A stretch of 64,000 nt of DNA from Daphnia carinata. Taxonomy: Eukaryota. The notes beneath the pieces are model-generated. The model was given only the letters and a program-made list of their open reading frames with translations. It made no database searches and was not told the DNA's origin. The position numbers and the translations under genes are program-made. This document shows, piece after piece, positions 51,317 to 64,000 of this stretch. The stretch's first letter is position 1. Every line of letters begins with the position of its first letter. Location of the stretch: contig NC_081332.1 of the NCBI RefSeq assembly GCF_022539665.2, positions 5,890,001 to 5,954,000 on the forward strand, written 5' to 3'.

Positions 51317-54300
51317 ATGTCGTCGATTTGCAAATCGTTTGAATCGAACGCTTGGCGTAGCGACCTGTGCAGCCACTGCTTCCAGTCGAAAGAGGAACAC
51401 GACCTCCTGTTGCAGCCGATGACCTCATCCGACCCGACCAAAGATGTCGCGTCATCTGCTCTCCCCTCCAGCAGCAGCAGCACGGGATTGGGTTCACGTT
51501 ACCAGTCTGTCCTGAATCACAGCCGATCTTCTTACAGAACCGGTAGCACGACGGCCGCTGCAACGATCGGCAGTCTGACGCCGGTTGTCACGGCGACCAC
51601 AACCGTTGCGACGAAGACAACGACGGGACCCGCCACGACGACATCGGTGATGAACCCGTCGACCCGTTCATCATCCGGGGTCAAAGCCATCCTCAAAACT
51701 AACGGCAATTCAGCACAGACAAGGACTAAACATTCCAAATCGGTCAACTTCCCCGATGGCGACCAAGACGCCCACGAACAAGTCATCGGCTATGGCGGCC
51801 ACGAGTGTTTCGACGACGACAGCGACGATGATGAAACGGATCATCGCAATAACAAAAACGACGACGACGACGACGACGATGTCCCTTTCACCGAGGAGGA
51901 ACGCATGGTAAGACATTCTTTTGTTTTGGGTGCCATCTCGCACCTCTTTTCTCTGTGTGTGTGTGTGTGGGTGTGTCTACTACCTTGCGCGTGTGTGCGT
52001 TTTTCCTTGTAGACTTTCTAATGGGCGTTCGGTGTCCTTCGTTACCCAAATGACATTCCAGGGAATGCAAACCATTATGGTACGTGGTGTGTATTGGGAA
52101 TTGCGGTTTTTAGTGGACAGAAACAAAAAAAAAAAAGAGAAACGAATAATAAAAGACGATGTGATTTCAACGACCACCAATGGACCGCGCCCGTCTTTTT
52201 CTTTTACGACATTATTTCGGAATTTACCGAAAGGAGATTGTGCGACAGGAAAAAAAAAATCGTTGATGTTCCACAACGGACCTTTTTTTTTTTTTTTTTT
52301 TATTATTATTCGTTTTAAACTGCTGCGTGCATAGAAGAAGAAGATGAGCATGTTTCACGTCCGATATAGGGACGGCTTTTTTTCTCTTTCTTTGGTTAAT
52401 ATGTGCAAACCGCTAGCTTTCAAACGGTACACGGCACATGTATTACTCGTTCTTTTCTCTCGTGTGTCCTCCATCTTCTTCTTGATGTCCATCTCTAACC
52501 ATCCTGTTTCTCCTTTCTTTCTCTTTTATTTTTCTTCCCATTCTTTTTCTCCTTTTTTATGTTGAGTCGACTCATTCCGATCTCTTCATATGGGCAGGTG
52601 CGGGTTTCGTGTAACAACCTTTGACTCCGACTCGAAATTCATCACGGACACCTTCAGGGCTTTTCCTATGTGTGTTCTCTCTTTCTTTCTTCTCCTAGAT
52701 TTTTTTTGTTGTTGTTGCTTGATTTCTTTAATCCACTTGTATTGTTATTACGTCTATACATTTGACGATACATGACGTACCAAAGTCCAAAATCTGTGCT
52801 AATCAAAACTGGCTACCTGCATATCCTCACCGGTTTCACCTGGGCTCTTTCAATTCCATCCGAAGTTGAAGCCTACCGGAATGTTTTAAAGTGGGTTACT
52901 CAGATTTATTTACTTGGTTTATAAAGTAAAGCAGTGAGCCAACTCGTTGCTACCTAACTAACCTTTTTTTTTTTTGTTTTAAAAAATATTTTTGCTGTTG
53001 TTGTTTTCTTTTCTTGGCTTATTCACACACACACGCATGCAGGGGGGGGGGGGATCTTGTTTGGTTTCACACGAAACCCTATTTACAAAGAGAAAAAAAA
53101 AAAAAAATAAATATAAGACGTGGGGTCGTGTTGAAGGTTACATGTTTTGCCCCGCTATGAAGAAGATAGGCAAATGATAACTGTCATTATTATCTCTACT
53201 CCTTTTTTCCTTGTTTCTCGATGCGTGTGTATACTTCCTATATTTTCTATTTCTACTCTGTGTGAGCGTCGTGTTCGTAACAACGAAAAAAAAAAAAATT
53301 CTTTTTAATTACGAAAGGAAAAAGAAAAATTGAAGTTGGCAAGCGTTTGGAGGGGCGTCGTGCTGGGGCACCAGGTTCTCACCCAACCCCAAAGCTGTAT
53401 TTTTCTTTTAAAAATCCTAGTATGTGTATAACTAACCCACAAAAAAGAAAAAAATTTTAAGGAGAAAAGGAAAGAAAGAGAGAGAGAGAGACATATTTTT
53501 CTCCCAGTGATTGCACTCTGGCCCTATGACCCCAAAATTTTTTAGAAAAAAAAAAAAAAAAAGAAAGCTCATTTTCTAGTTCTTTTCACCTCATCTCCAT
53601 AGTCTGGTGTGAGAAAAGAGCGGGTAGATATGTTTTGACATCATTGGCTTCAGAGGAGCTTGCATTTTCTCTAACGACGAGAAAGTGTTGCAGACGTGAT
53701 ATTTTTTTTTTTTTTCGCGAAAATCAGCAGATGCTGGTTTTTCGGGAGAAAGAAAAAAAAACCGCTTCAACCACCTCTAGGTTCTATTGAAATGGAGTTG
53801 TCAAGAAATTAAAAAAAATAGGAGAAAAGAGAAGAAAAACAGGGCAAGTTTCGATGGGGTTTTATCTTCAACCAGATGGCCCGTAACTCTTTCTTTTTCT
53901 TTCCCGCTATACAAAAACACGCTTCGTTCGGTTCTGATTACGTTCACCTATTTTCTTTCTATACACTTCATTTTATCTGTATAGAATTACTCTTGTTTAT
54001 TACCGTTTTCTTTTCTTTCACAGATCCACAATCAAACGCAAAAGAATACCAGCTTCAATTCGGTCAGCCGTAACTTGTTGGCTTCCGAAGTGGCTACGTT
54101 CAAGAATCACGGCGTGTCGTCGACTCGCGTCACTTCATCGTCAACGTCGGCGCCTCTGGTGACCATCCGACCTTTTGGCCAGTCGGCACCGTCGCTAAAC
54201 AGCGCAGCGCGAACCAATGGGGCGGTGTCCGATTGCCCCAAGATTAACTTGGTTTCGCCCATGCGAAACGGCCAAGCCGTCCTGACGGCCCGCACGACGA

Positions 54301-57300
54301 CGACCAACAACAAAGAGGAGATGAAGAACCGTGAAAATTTATTGAAGAAATCGGATCAATTGATTGACAACGTCGCCAAGAAACCTGAAGTCGAGAAGAT
54401 CACGTCCTTTTCCGATCCAGTTCCAGCTGTCATCACCAATGAAACTGTTGTCGAAGAGCAACCGTTGCCTACACCGCCCGCTTCGCCTACTCCCACTTCA
54501 GACGTTGCAAACAACACGAAAGCCATCGTTCTACAAGCGAGCAGAGTCGCATCCGGCCGGATTGAGCCTGACAGCTCGAAACCAGCATCCAACCGCATCA
54601 CGTTGACCAGGAAACCTCCCGTGTGGAGGGAAAAGCCTCGCATTCCCATCAAGCCGCAAACGGCCGGAGCTCCTCCGCCAGCTGGAGTGGCTGAATCTAT
54701 CGTCGCAGCGCATCCGGCCGCCAAGGTCAGCACGAGCGAATCGAAATCGCCGCAGATGAAGCTCCAAAACGCTGAATGTCAGCCTGGTCAGATAAGCATT
54801 CGCTTTGTTCATCTATCATCCGGGGCTGATGATACGGTTCAGGAAGCCCCTTCGAACGTCCCGTCTTTAATTCCGGCAAACGATTCGGATGTTCCTATTC
54901 AAAAATGCCCAGTTGTTAAACAACTTAGCGCGCTGGAACGTTTGGATTTGCTCGGCTCTTCGGAGAATTTGACCGAGACATTACCCCCGTCTTGCGTGGC
55001 CTTGGCGGAACCGAGTCCGCCGCCGAAGGTTGCGGAAGTTGAAACGATTTCGCCAAATTTCGTCTTGGAACACTTAGCAACAGCGGAAGTGGTCACTCCC
55101 CCGAGAACTCCTTCGCCCATTACGATCGCAAACGAGATCAATAACAACCCAATCAAGGCCGTCCTTCCCGAGCAGGAGGCTCAAGTCCAAACGCATGCGG
55201 ATCAACCTGGAACGGAATCGAGCAAATCGCCTCGCTTGACAAACAAATCGCTGGACGAAACGAAAGAAGTGGCGTCGAAGTCGGAGAGCTTCTCTGTCGA
55301 TTGCCGATCGAATTCCACCAGGGGGCTAACGCGGTCGGCCTTCGAAGCCCTGCGAGCCAATTTGGCCGGATCGTTGGAATTATCGCGAGTGTGTCAGCCT
55401 CAACGCGGCATCAACGGCGGCAATCCCAAACGACAGGCTCCTCCCACTCCGCTTTCGTGCGACACGGAGCAATCCGTTAGCCAGTCGGATTCGGCTCCGT
55501 CATCTCCTCCATCCTCTTTGGCTTCTTTGAACATGGCCGATCCTGTGGTGCCTTTACCTCCACCGACTCAAAGTCCACCGTCACCCCCACCAGCGCCTGC
55601 CCTGCCCTCTCTGATCGAGTGCGTCGTTACTACCCCCGTGAAACAATCGCCTCCTCATTCGATGGAAAAAAGCAGACCGCCCGATCGAGCCATTTCGGCC
55701 AGTCCTCGGTTCCGGAACAGCTTGATCTGCACGTCTCCGGATGGCGGGTCGATGGCGGTGGACGAGGAAGACGGCCATCCGCGTTCCGTGTCGCTGACCC
55801 GCGTGGAACGGTCGGACAGCCAATCGATGTCTACGAAACCGCCGTCGATCCGCAAGTTCATCAAAGAGCGCGCCACGCACTTCCTGCATATGGCGGACGC
55901 GGGAGGAAGTTGCGGGGGCGGATCGTCGAGACCTTCCGGCTCGCGACTGTCACGCTCGGACCGGTTCGCGGCCGAGAGCCGTGCCGCCGGTAAAAAGGGC
56001 AAGGGCCGTTTCTCGCTGCGCAAGTTTCTCGGCCTCAAGAAAGATGGCGGATGGGACGAGCCGGCCGAGCCGCTCCCACCAAAAATCCGCCCGGAAATCG
56101 TCCACCCGCTCGATTTCCATCCCATCGGTCAGGTTCAAGTCGTGCAGGGCAAGATAGAAAAGAACAACAGCAACGACAGTGTCATTGGGCGGTCGCCGGC
56201 ACACGACTCGATTTCCTCCAGCGATTCGGGTCGTCATTCCTCGTTGGAAATGCAGCAAAGCGACTCGTCGCTAGGCAGCAGCGATTGCCCATCACCGGCC
56301 AACAGTCATCAAAGCAACTCATTCAAAAGCTCTTCTCTTAAAGGTATTTATTTATTTTTTGTGCGCGCAAAAAAAAACATACCACGACAATCAAATGTTT
56401 TCGGTGTGAACAGGCCGGCCGAAACCTCCGCCACCGCCGCGTTTACATTCGTTGGATCAGCCGCTGGTTGTGGCGGCGACGCCGCCGCAACGTTCGAATG
56501 CGTCGACTCCAACCAACAGACCTTCGCGTCCACCTCCGCCTAAAACAAGCGATTCCCATGACGTCGGCCGATTTTCTCCTTCAACGGCCCATAACAGCCG
56601 CCCTAATGCGGCCGAATACGCCAATCTAGGTTAGCGCATTTTTTTTTTTGGTGACAAGTTTCACTTTTTTGAAAATACCTGTGAATTTTGACGACACATA
56701 TTTTTTGATTTTTTTTTTTAACGTGCAGGTGACATACGCAATGGCATGACGCCGAAGAAGCCGGAACGAAGCGCTAGCATGAGAACGAGGGAACGTTCCA
56801 CGACTTACGATTCGCATGCCTTGGAATCGAAACAGGTTTCTAGCATGTCCAAATTTATTGTTTTTCTCCTTCCCCTATAACAAATCTGTTCTAATTATCG
56901 ACCTACAAAACAAAAATGTAGGACGGATTGCATTACGATTGCGTTTCGATCCAGCAGCCTTCACCAGTCAATAAACCTAAGGCCGATGAAGATGGTTATA
57001 TCATTCCAATGCGAATGAAATCGAGTCCATCGTTTTCGTCCGTCTCCTCGTCGTCGGCCAGCTCCGGCCAGCGGCACAGCCTAACGAGCTTTCAACCGAC
57101 GCAAGAAGGACCCCCTTCAAGGCGGTCCAACCGGCTCTCCGGTATGAGGCAAAGCCGTCAAGATCTTCACGTCAAATTGGAAGATCATTATGGAACGGTG
57201 ACTGGCGCCAATTTCCAGGCTCTAGCGCAACTTCTAGAACAGGTGATTTTTTTGTTTGTTAATGGACCGAGAAAAGGAGAAATTATCCATCCGCAAATGT

Positions 57301-57634
57301 TCGTGTAACCGGGTATAACGCTTGATTGTGTGTGTGCGACAGGCGACGAGCAAGAGACCCTTAGCGCCCCACTTTCACGAGTTGCGTCGCGTCAAGAGTC
57401 AAGATTTGAAGTGGAACGTCTTTGGCGATTATCGGCCGCTCTTGAGGACGTCCAGCGTGACGATAGTGCAGAGCAGTTGGCAGAGCCACGACCTCCTTCT
57501 CTCCGTCTACAGCGAAGCCTGCAAGAAATGGCTGATAATAAAGCGCCGTTCGCCCAGCCGGCCGTCGTCAATTTTATGGCACACGTTCCAGCACCACTTC
57601 TTCCCGCTCGGGGAATCAAAACTGCTGGTCCGTA

Positions 57635-57677
<43 letters not shown>

Positions 57678-58334
57678 TTTAAGAGTCTAACGTTACATTT
57701 TGATATTGAAGGAATTGAAGTCTTCCCACCTGGTCAAGTGGCGATGTTGAAACAGTTGCCGCATCTCTTGACTATGGAAACGGAAGGACAAATGGAACGC
57801 CTTCAACAGAGCCTATCCATTTTGTTGCAAATATGCCGGGCGATGGAGTGGCTTTCGCAGCAAAAGCGAGTGGTCGACCGTCTGAATCACGAAGAGCTCG
57901 TTTTTTACCGTGAACATAGTCAAGACGCCTACCGGCTCCTCTGGTTGCCTCAAGAAGCCGAGTCCGGCCTTGGCCTTTCAGTCAAAGAAACACTGTCCAG
58001 CTGCATTCGACTTTTGACTCCTCTGCTGTCCAATCAACTGGCCGACAAGCTCTTTGTTATCCTGCAACGCGACGTGATGTCGGTGGACAGGATGTGCCAG
58101 TTCTTGGAGTACACCATGTTCGGTCCGTCAGCCGATCTGATTGATGGAGATCACGATCAATCCGACCTGGACATGTTTCAGCGCTGGCTTGATGTTGAAC
58201 GGGCCTCGACACTCAATGAGCTCATCCGGACGCAGGGTCTGTGGCGTGTCAAGCTGTCCGTTGTGGAAGAATTCCGCTTGTCCTTTCTCATTTCTACGTC
58301 CCCACATCATCTTTTCGATACTAGCCAAATATAA
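51317..58334 (+). CDS. PEAK1/PRAG1 (SgK269/SgK223)-like pseudokinase scaffold
   Basis: N-terminal CKSFESNAWRSDLCSHCFQSKEEH resembles the PEAK-family Cys/His N-terminus; long Pro/Ser disordered region; EYANLG; SHED-like helices (LEDHYGTVTGANFQALAQL; FQRWLDVERA) flanking a degenerate kinase fold. Approximate exons: 51317-51907, 54025-56343, 56414-56629, 56730-56835, 56922-57243, 57343-57628, 57712-58334. Confidence 0.72.
57637..57680. repeat. (TA)n microsatellite plus poly-T in an intron; another (TA)n near 58355-58377
   Basis: Visible directly in the sequence. Confidence 0.85.
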
Positions 58335-59768
58335 TTCTTTGTTCTTTTTTATTATTATATATATATATATATATATAAATGTTCAGTCTGGTCTCTCTGG
58401 TGTGCCTTGATTTTAGTTTCCTTATTATCTTTCATCTTCGTCACGTCTGTTCCCTTCCTTTTGTTTTTTGGGGAGAATATTCGTTTTTGGTCTTATCCTT
58501 CTATTTCGGTTGGGATAGGAGCCGAACGTTTTCTCCTATTCACGAAAAAAAAACATCATCCAGATACCAATGCCTTCCGACTAATTCGCCGTCCTTATCG
58601 TTGTAACAAAATGTCATTGTAATTGGTACGAAAAATACAATTATATTGCAATCTAAATGTGCTAGCTGCACACGAAGTTCTGCGGTCAACAGAAACGTGG
58701 AAACATGTTCAAAAAGGATCAAAATTTAATTGGAAACAATTTTTATTTCATCCATAAAAGATACAACATACAAATCAGTTCACATGCTTTTCGTCGGGCT
58801 TTGTGTCTGTTTCGCACGAATCAGTCTAATGTCCCTTAAAAGCAATCAAACTAATAATGCCCAATGCTAAACAATTATGGATGTACCATGAGGGCGAAGA
58901 CCTCGCAAATCCATAATCGCATTGATAGCTATTTTTATGTGGAAAGAATTTAAACATCGTTCCTAAATGTCTGGCTAGGGGCTATCATTCGAGCGAAAAA
59001 CCATCAAATTGGTAACAGATTTTCTGCTCTGGCAACGCCGATTGTGACGTAAAATTGCGAAAAAATTCATGAAGGACGTGAAAGGCGACTTCTCTTTCAT
59101 ATGTGGATACTAGTAAACTATGGCTGAAAAAATAAGCCATATTAATTTCACGTGCATTTGATTCTACTGCGCTTTCTATTAACCACGCGAATCTTAACGT
59201 ATTAAGTTTTCCCATAATACTTGCCAGGGAGGCAGGCCACGGCACCACGCCATCTGGTTGTATGTCCTACTCAAAAGGAAGTTAGATGAGACCATGGTCT
59301 CGCAGAAGAAATTGATAGAAATCAGGGAATGCATTAAAAACTTTGTGAAAGATTACAAGTTATATTTCTATGAAATTTTGTTATTGGATTTCGATTATGT
59401 CACGTTTTTTCTTCTTGAATAAAAAACCTTCATATTACTGTTACCAGATGGCACTCACAGAGGGACATTTCTCAATCAGAATACAGAAAAAGTAAAATCT
59501 AATAATTTATAAAATGGTAAAAATTTGATTTAAAAATAATATTGAACTTTAATTGTTACACCTGCAAAACTTTTTATATTATTCGTAATAGAAACTTGTA
59601 TCATGTGTAAGTAGGAATTCTCAAAGAGCATATCGCCCTCTGTGCAAAGCAGTACATTCTGCAATGGCTGTCAGCATGTGCATGTAACATATGTCTCAAC
59701 GTTCTCTTCCTTAAGTGTGACCTATTTTTGTCTTGACATTTAAACGTTGGTTGTTGACGTCCGCAAAA

Positions 59769-60790
59769 ATGGCCGATCTAGATGATTTTTTCGCAAAGAA
59801 AGATAAGAAGAAATCTAAAGTCAAAAAGTTTACGGCTAGCGAGCTGTTGAATTCGTCAAAGTTCCAGCAGGGAGAAGACGTGGCAGCTGCTCCGACCGGT
59901 GTCCCCAAGAAACAACCAGCCGAAAAGCCCAAGAAGGAAGAAGTTGCTCAGGAATCTGGAGACTCAGAGGCTGCCCCTGTTCAAAGTAAACCAACTGCAG
60001 AAGCTGAAGAAGAAGAATGGGGGGAATTTGAACAAGAGAAGGAACGTGACTATTCTGGTCTTAAGATCCAGAAATTGCAAATCCAGGATTCTGAAGATGA
60101 CTATGGTGATGAATCTGGTGAAACAGAGCTGAATGAAGAAGGTGAAGTTGTTAAAAAGGAGCCTGCAGGACCTTGGAACAAGATCAATGCTCAGCCAACT
60201 CCGAATGGTCAGTTGCCTCTGTTAAGTCTCGAAACCAAAACTTTTTCGAACATCTGTGATAACAAAAATATTATATTTTATTACAGTTAAAGTTAAAGAA
60301 GCAGTTGTGGAAATTCCTACTCCCAATACTGCTGGAGGTGTTTATATACCACCAAGTAAGCGAAACCAGCCAGCAGGAGGTAGCTCAAGCAGCTCTGCAT
60401 CTGCATCAAGATCACGAACTGGTTTGAAATTTATTTAACGTTTGAAAAAACACAGTTCATAATTAAGCTCATGCTTTGTGCAGGCAAAAAAGAGAAGGGT
60501 GCACCAGACTTGAATAACCAAGAATTTTTCCCTACATTGTCAGCAGCTGTGGCCATTGAGCAGAACAACTTGAAACTCAAGAAGTATAGTTTTAAAAACT
60601 TTCATCTGTAATGAACTTGTCTGATTTTAAATGATCTATAACTTTTCCCAGATTTGAACAGACGGAGCGTGGCTTTACCGAAGCTAAACCCAGCCGATCC
60701 CATTCTAATCGCAACGCTGTTGTTCCGGGACACGAGGGTCCTCATCTTCACTTGGGCAACAAATTTAATGCCCTTTCCAACGACGACTAG
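59769..60790 (+). CDS. CDV3: Protein CDV3 homolog, 4 exons
   Basis: MADLDDFFAKKDKKKSK, EEEWGEFEQEKERDYSGLKIQ, GPWNK, GVYIPPSKR, APDLNNQEFFPTL, ending LGNKFNALSNDD*. Confidence 0.93.
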
Positions 60791-62123
60791 ATAAAGGAAA
60801 TGTTAAATGAAAAGTCAGGGTGTAAGTCTTCAGCTGTAAGGAAGAAAAAAGTATGAGGTGAATGAATTGTTCTGGTTGTAATTTCTCATTCTTTTCCCCC
60901 CTCCTCTTTGTGGGCGAGAGTCAACTGTCAGCAGCGAGAGCGTAGAGGGAAAAAGGGAGACGAATGTTCATTGGACTATGTTCTATAGTTGATGCTAGCT
61001 TAATTGATTCTTCCGTTGATACTGAAACTGAGGGCTTTCTTGGCGTTCAACAGAGACTTTTTGTTCTCTGTAGTTTTCTTTTTTTTTTTTTTCCTTTTTT
61101 TTGTACTGCTCTTGGAAAACAAGGCGCAGGTGTGGGAATTGAGAGCTTTGATTTTGCGGTATTTTTCTATTGAGTGCTCCTAAGCGATCCTACTTGCCAT
61201 TTGCGACCAAAAACAACGTATTGATCGATATTAGAGCCGATTATAATGAATTCCCTTTGCACTTTGATACTGCTCCCCAAAAACGTCGTCCCGCGGGTGC
61301 CACCCTTCTTTCAGCAATTTACCGCTCTTTCCCTTCTTTCTCTTCTTGTATCTCCAGGTTATAAAATTTTTTTTGCTCGCTACCCGCGGTTGGATTGGAA
61401 ATGACATATGAAAAAAAACAAAAAACTAATAGATTGCAATTCAATTTTCCAAGTTTTATTTTTATATCAATGGTTATTGTCGTATATGAAACGATGATTT
61501 GACGAGTCACACGTCATCTCCTTTCGTTATTATTATTTTTGTTTAATTGTTTTTACACGTCTATCGTGTTTTCTATTTTTCTCTTTTTGGATTGAGCAGT
61601 CCATACTGACCAGGGCGTTTTACCTTTTGGTTTTAGACGAGCTGTTGAAGAGTATCAACTTAAGGAGGAAAACGTAACATGGCTTAATTAAAATGTCAGC
61701 CTTTTCATCTGATAAAAACACCTGCTGCTTCAAATTGTCACCGTTCCAGCGGACAATTCGTAAGAAGTCGTGCCCAGCAACGCTATTGGCAAAATCCAGC
61801 CAAAGTGAGCGCAGCTGGTCCACTTTTGAACCGATCTTGTTTTTACACTAAAAAAAAAAAAGAGCAAAAAAGAAAAAAAAAACGAAAAAGAAGAGGCAGC
61901 AGCAGCACATAAAAACAGTTCTCGTAAATTGAGAGAAAAACAACATTCCAAATGTAGTGGTCTAAAGACGTATAAGGGGAGCAATGAGGAGAGTCAACAC
62001 ATGATCATATGTGACATTTCAACAGTAAGTTTTGGATTTGAGGATGGCACGTGCTGATCGGCTGGGCCCAAGCCATGAGAAGAGGAACTTGAATGAGTGA
62101 GATCGGTTTTCTTCTCAATTGCA

Positions 62124-63268
62124 TTAAAGGAGTGTGTGACGCGTTTCAACGATCAGAAGACTGACCACGGCCGACGTCAACATTACCCCGGACGTCACGA
62201 AGCAAGAAGCCAGCACCGTGCACTCGAGCATTGAGTCGTAGACGAAGAGTCCTGCAAGTCCGGCACCACGGCTTAAGGTGTTTATCAAACCCCAACCAGT
62301 CGCTCTTTAAAAAAAAAAAACAGTTATTTCATAAATTTGCGTACTTAGGTATTTACGACAGCTTCAGGCATACCTGATAGATGTGGGGCACGTCTCTGTA
62401 GAGGCCACCGTCAGTGAGGCCAATCCAACCGCAAAAACGGCATTGAAGGCTGCTTCCACTGCAATGACAGCCTCTGGAGATCTCACGGCCGCTAACGTAA
62501 GTGTTAACAAACTACACGTTAGGAGGGATATACCTATTTGTAGAACGTAAGGATTCAGGTTAGAAAAATTGTTGAATTGACCGTTGTAAGAATGTTGCGT
62601 TATACTGATAAGTCTGGCGCGGCCAAATCGATCCATGAAGATGGCCGCCAAGACAAGGCCAGGTATGAGTGCGACCTCGCCTATCAGATGTTCGAGGAAG
62701 ACTTCTCCCAGATGGATGTTGTAGTCGAAGTCGAGGGCACAGAACGCGTCCATACTGTCAAACGTCGTGCCCTCCATTGTGCAACTCTCGAAGCGATAGG
62801 GAAAGAAATCCGTGTCGACGAAGGTTGACTTTAAAATGGTGGAATTGCGGAACAGGGACCGGCTAGATTTGATTTTGATGAACGAAACACGATCGAAGTA
62901 GCACGAATCGAAAACAACGTGATTGAGGATTATGTTTTCGAAACGAACGTTGGTGAAACGACCGTTGACGTAGATCACATTTTCCATTGACTGATTGAAT
63001 TGGATGTTGGCGTAGCTAACGTTTGTCAGCGTCGAAGATCTGAGTTTAAAGTCTTGTCCCTTTAGATATTTAACATATTCCGGGAACCAAAGAGACAGCC
63101 CGTAGTACCTTTGAATAATATATTTTTCAAGATTTTTTATTAACTGACCATAAAAAAAGAACAATTTTCGAATTTACCCAAACGAAGCGAAAATCCAAGT
63201 GACGAGGAGTGGGAGCGTAGCTCGTCTGTGATTGGCAGCAAAAATTTTCGAGATGAGCGATCCAAACT
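62124..63268 (-). CDS. Synaptic vesicle glycoprotein 2 (SV2)-like MFS transporter, 3' exons only
   Basis: YYGLSLWFPEY, a pentapeptide-repeat-like luminal domain (FTNVRFENIILNHVVFDSCYFDRVSF...FVDTDF), MDRFGR, and TETCPTSIR|ATGWG; stop TAA 62126-62124. The 5' part lies beyond the window. Confidence 0.88.
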
Positions 63269-64000
63269 GTAGAAAAAAAATTTACAAACGAGAAACTGTA
63301 AGAACCCAGTCACGATTTTTCGTTTCAGTCAGGTGAAGCCATCGATTTTTTGTTTAGTTATTACTGCGGATCAGGAAAAGCAGGCAATTGACATTTTAAC
63401 GAAATCGTGCGAGAAGAATGAGTTGAATTCAGCAATTGCTAACCAATGGAAGAAAGAAAACTAGTCATGGGATGGGGGAGAAAAGAGGCTGAGGTTTTGA
63501 CTGAAAGTTATTTCGAATTTGGGTTTTCCCCTAATGTTGAATATGCGTTCGTTCTTAAAAGAGCCACAGAAACCACTAGCGTGAAAGTATGTTTCGTTTA
63601 CAACTTGCTACACATTTTCAAGTTAAGGAAAATGAAAGAAAACAAGGAAAAAAATCCAGTTAATCTCAGAATCTTTCTCGGTTTGCGTTAAGATAAATAG
63701 GGTTGGAGGGTAGCCAACCATTGGGATCAGACGAATTGCAGAAAGAATGGCGTGCCGTTAATATAGACAACAAATTGCTTTACAGATGGCTTAGTTAGGA
63801 ATTAGGTTAATGTCAACTTTATCAGTCGGCTCTTTTAGAGCGAGGGTCCCAGCGAGTCTGGAAGAAAACAATCGGATTAAATGAATGTAATTACATTGGC
63901 CAACGTGTACGACAGAACCGAAAGAATGGATTTCTGTCGGACTGTCGTGGGATGAGATGTTTCCTGGTCCTTGTCCTGGCTGTTTTCTCTTCTAAGTTGA

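Noticed and set aside
46000..54000. Many Phe/Lys-rich ORFs around the PEAK-like first exon
   Set aside because: Artefacts of poly-A/poly-T and dinucleotide runs in UTR and intronic DNA.
54107..56533. Antisense and alternative-frame ORFs overlapping the large PEAK-like exon (similar cases at 6544-7226 and 42392-42799)
   Set aside because: Shadows of GC-rich coding exons; no independent evidence.

Overview
Eukaryotic, intron-rich genomic DNA from a compact arthropod genome. The ~55-90 nt GT-AG introns, gene density and gene content suggest a Daphnia-like branchiopod crustacean; the species is an inference. About 17 protein-coding loci were assembled by reading exons manually. In order: GPR89 (3' part), KAT2A/Gcn5, CENP-S, LPP/zyxin, CPTP/GLTPD1, NDUFB5, a divergent syntaxin-1 paralogue, two tandem 3CxxC zinc-domain (RTP-like) genes, ARL5, UFL1, CCT5, TMED7, a Myo95E-type myosin I, a PEAK1/pragmin-like pseudokinase, CDV3 and an SV2-like transporter (3' part). 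Three features are missed by the ORF track. (1) CCT5 introns host H/ACA snoRNAs: two SNORA15-like copies, one SNORA42/80-like, and a possible fourth. (2) The soluble RTP-like cluster puts three divergent Pro-rich N-terminal modules onto two zinc domains, through alternative 5' exons; both zinc domains have lost a ligand Cys and one copy carries a possibly recently gained intron. (3) Sharp CpG-depleted patches lie near the 5' ends of housekeeping genes. No rRNA, tRNA, CRISPR or recognisable transposon was seen. All exon models and homologies come from manual reading and recall, not database searches.
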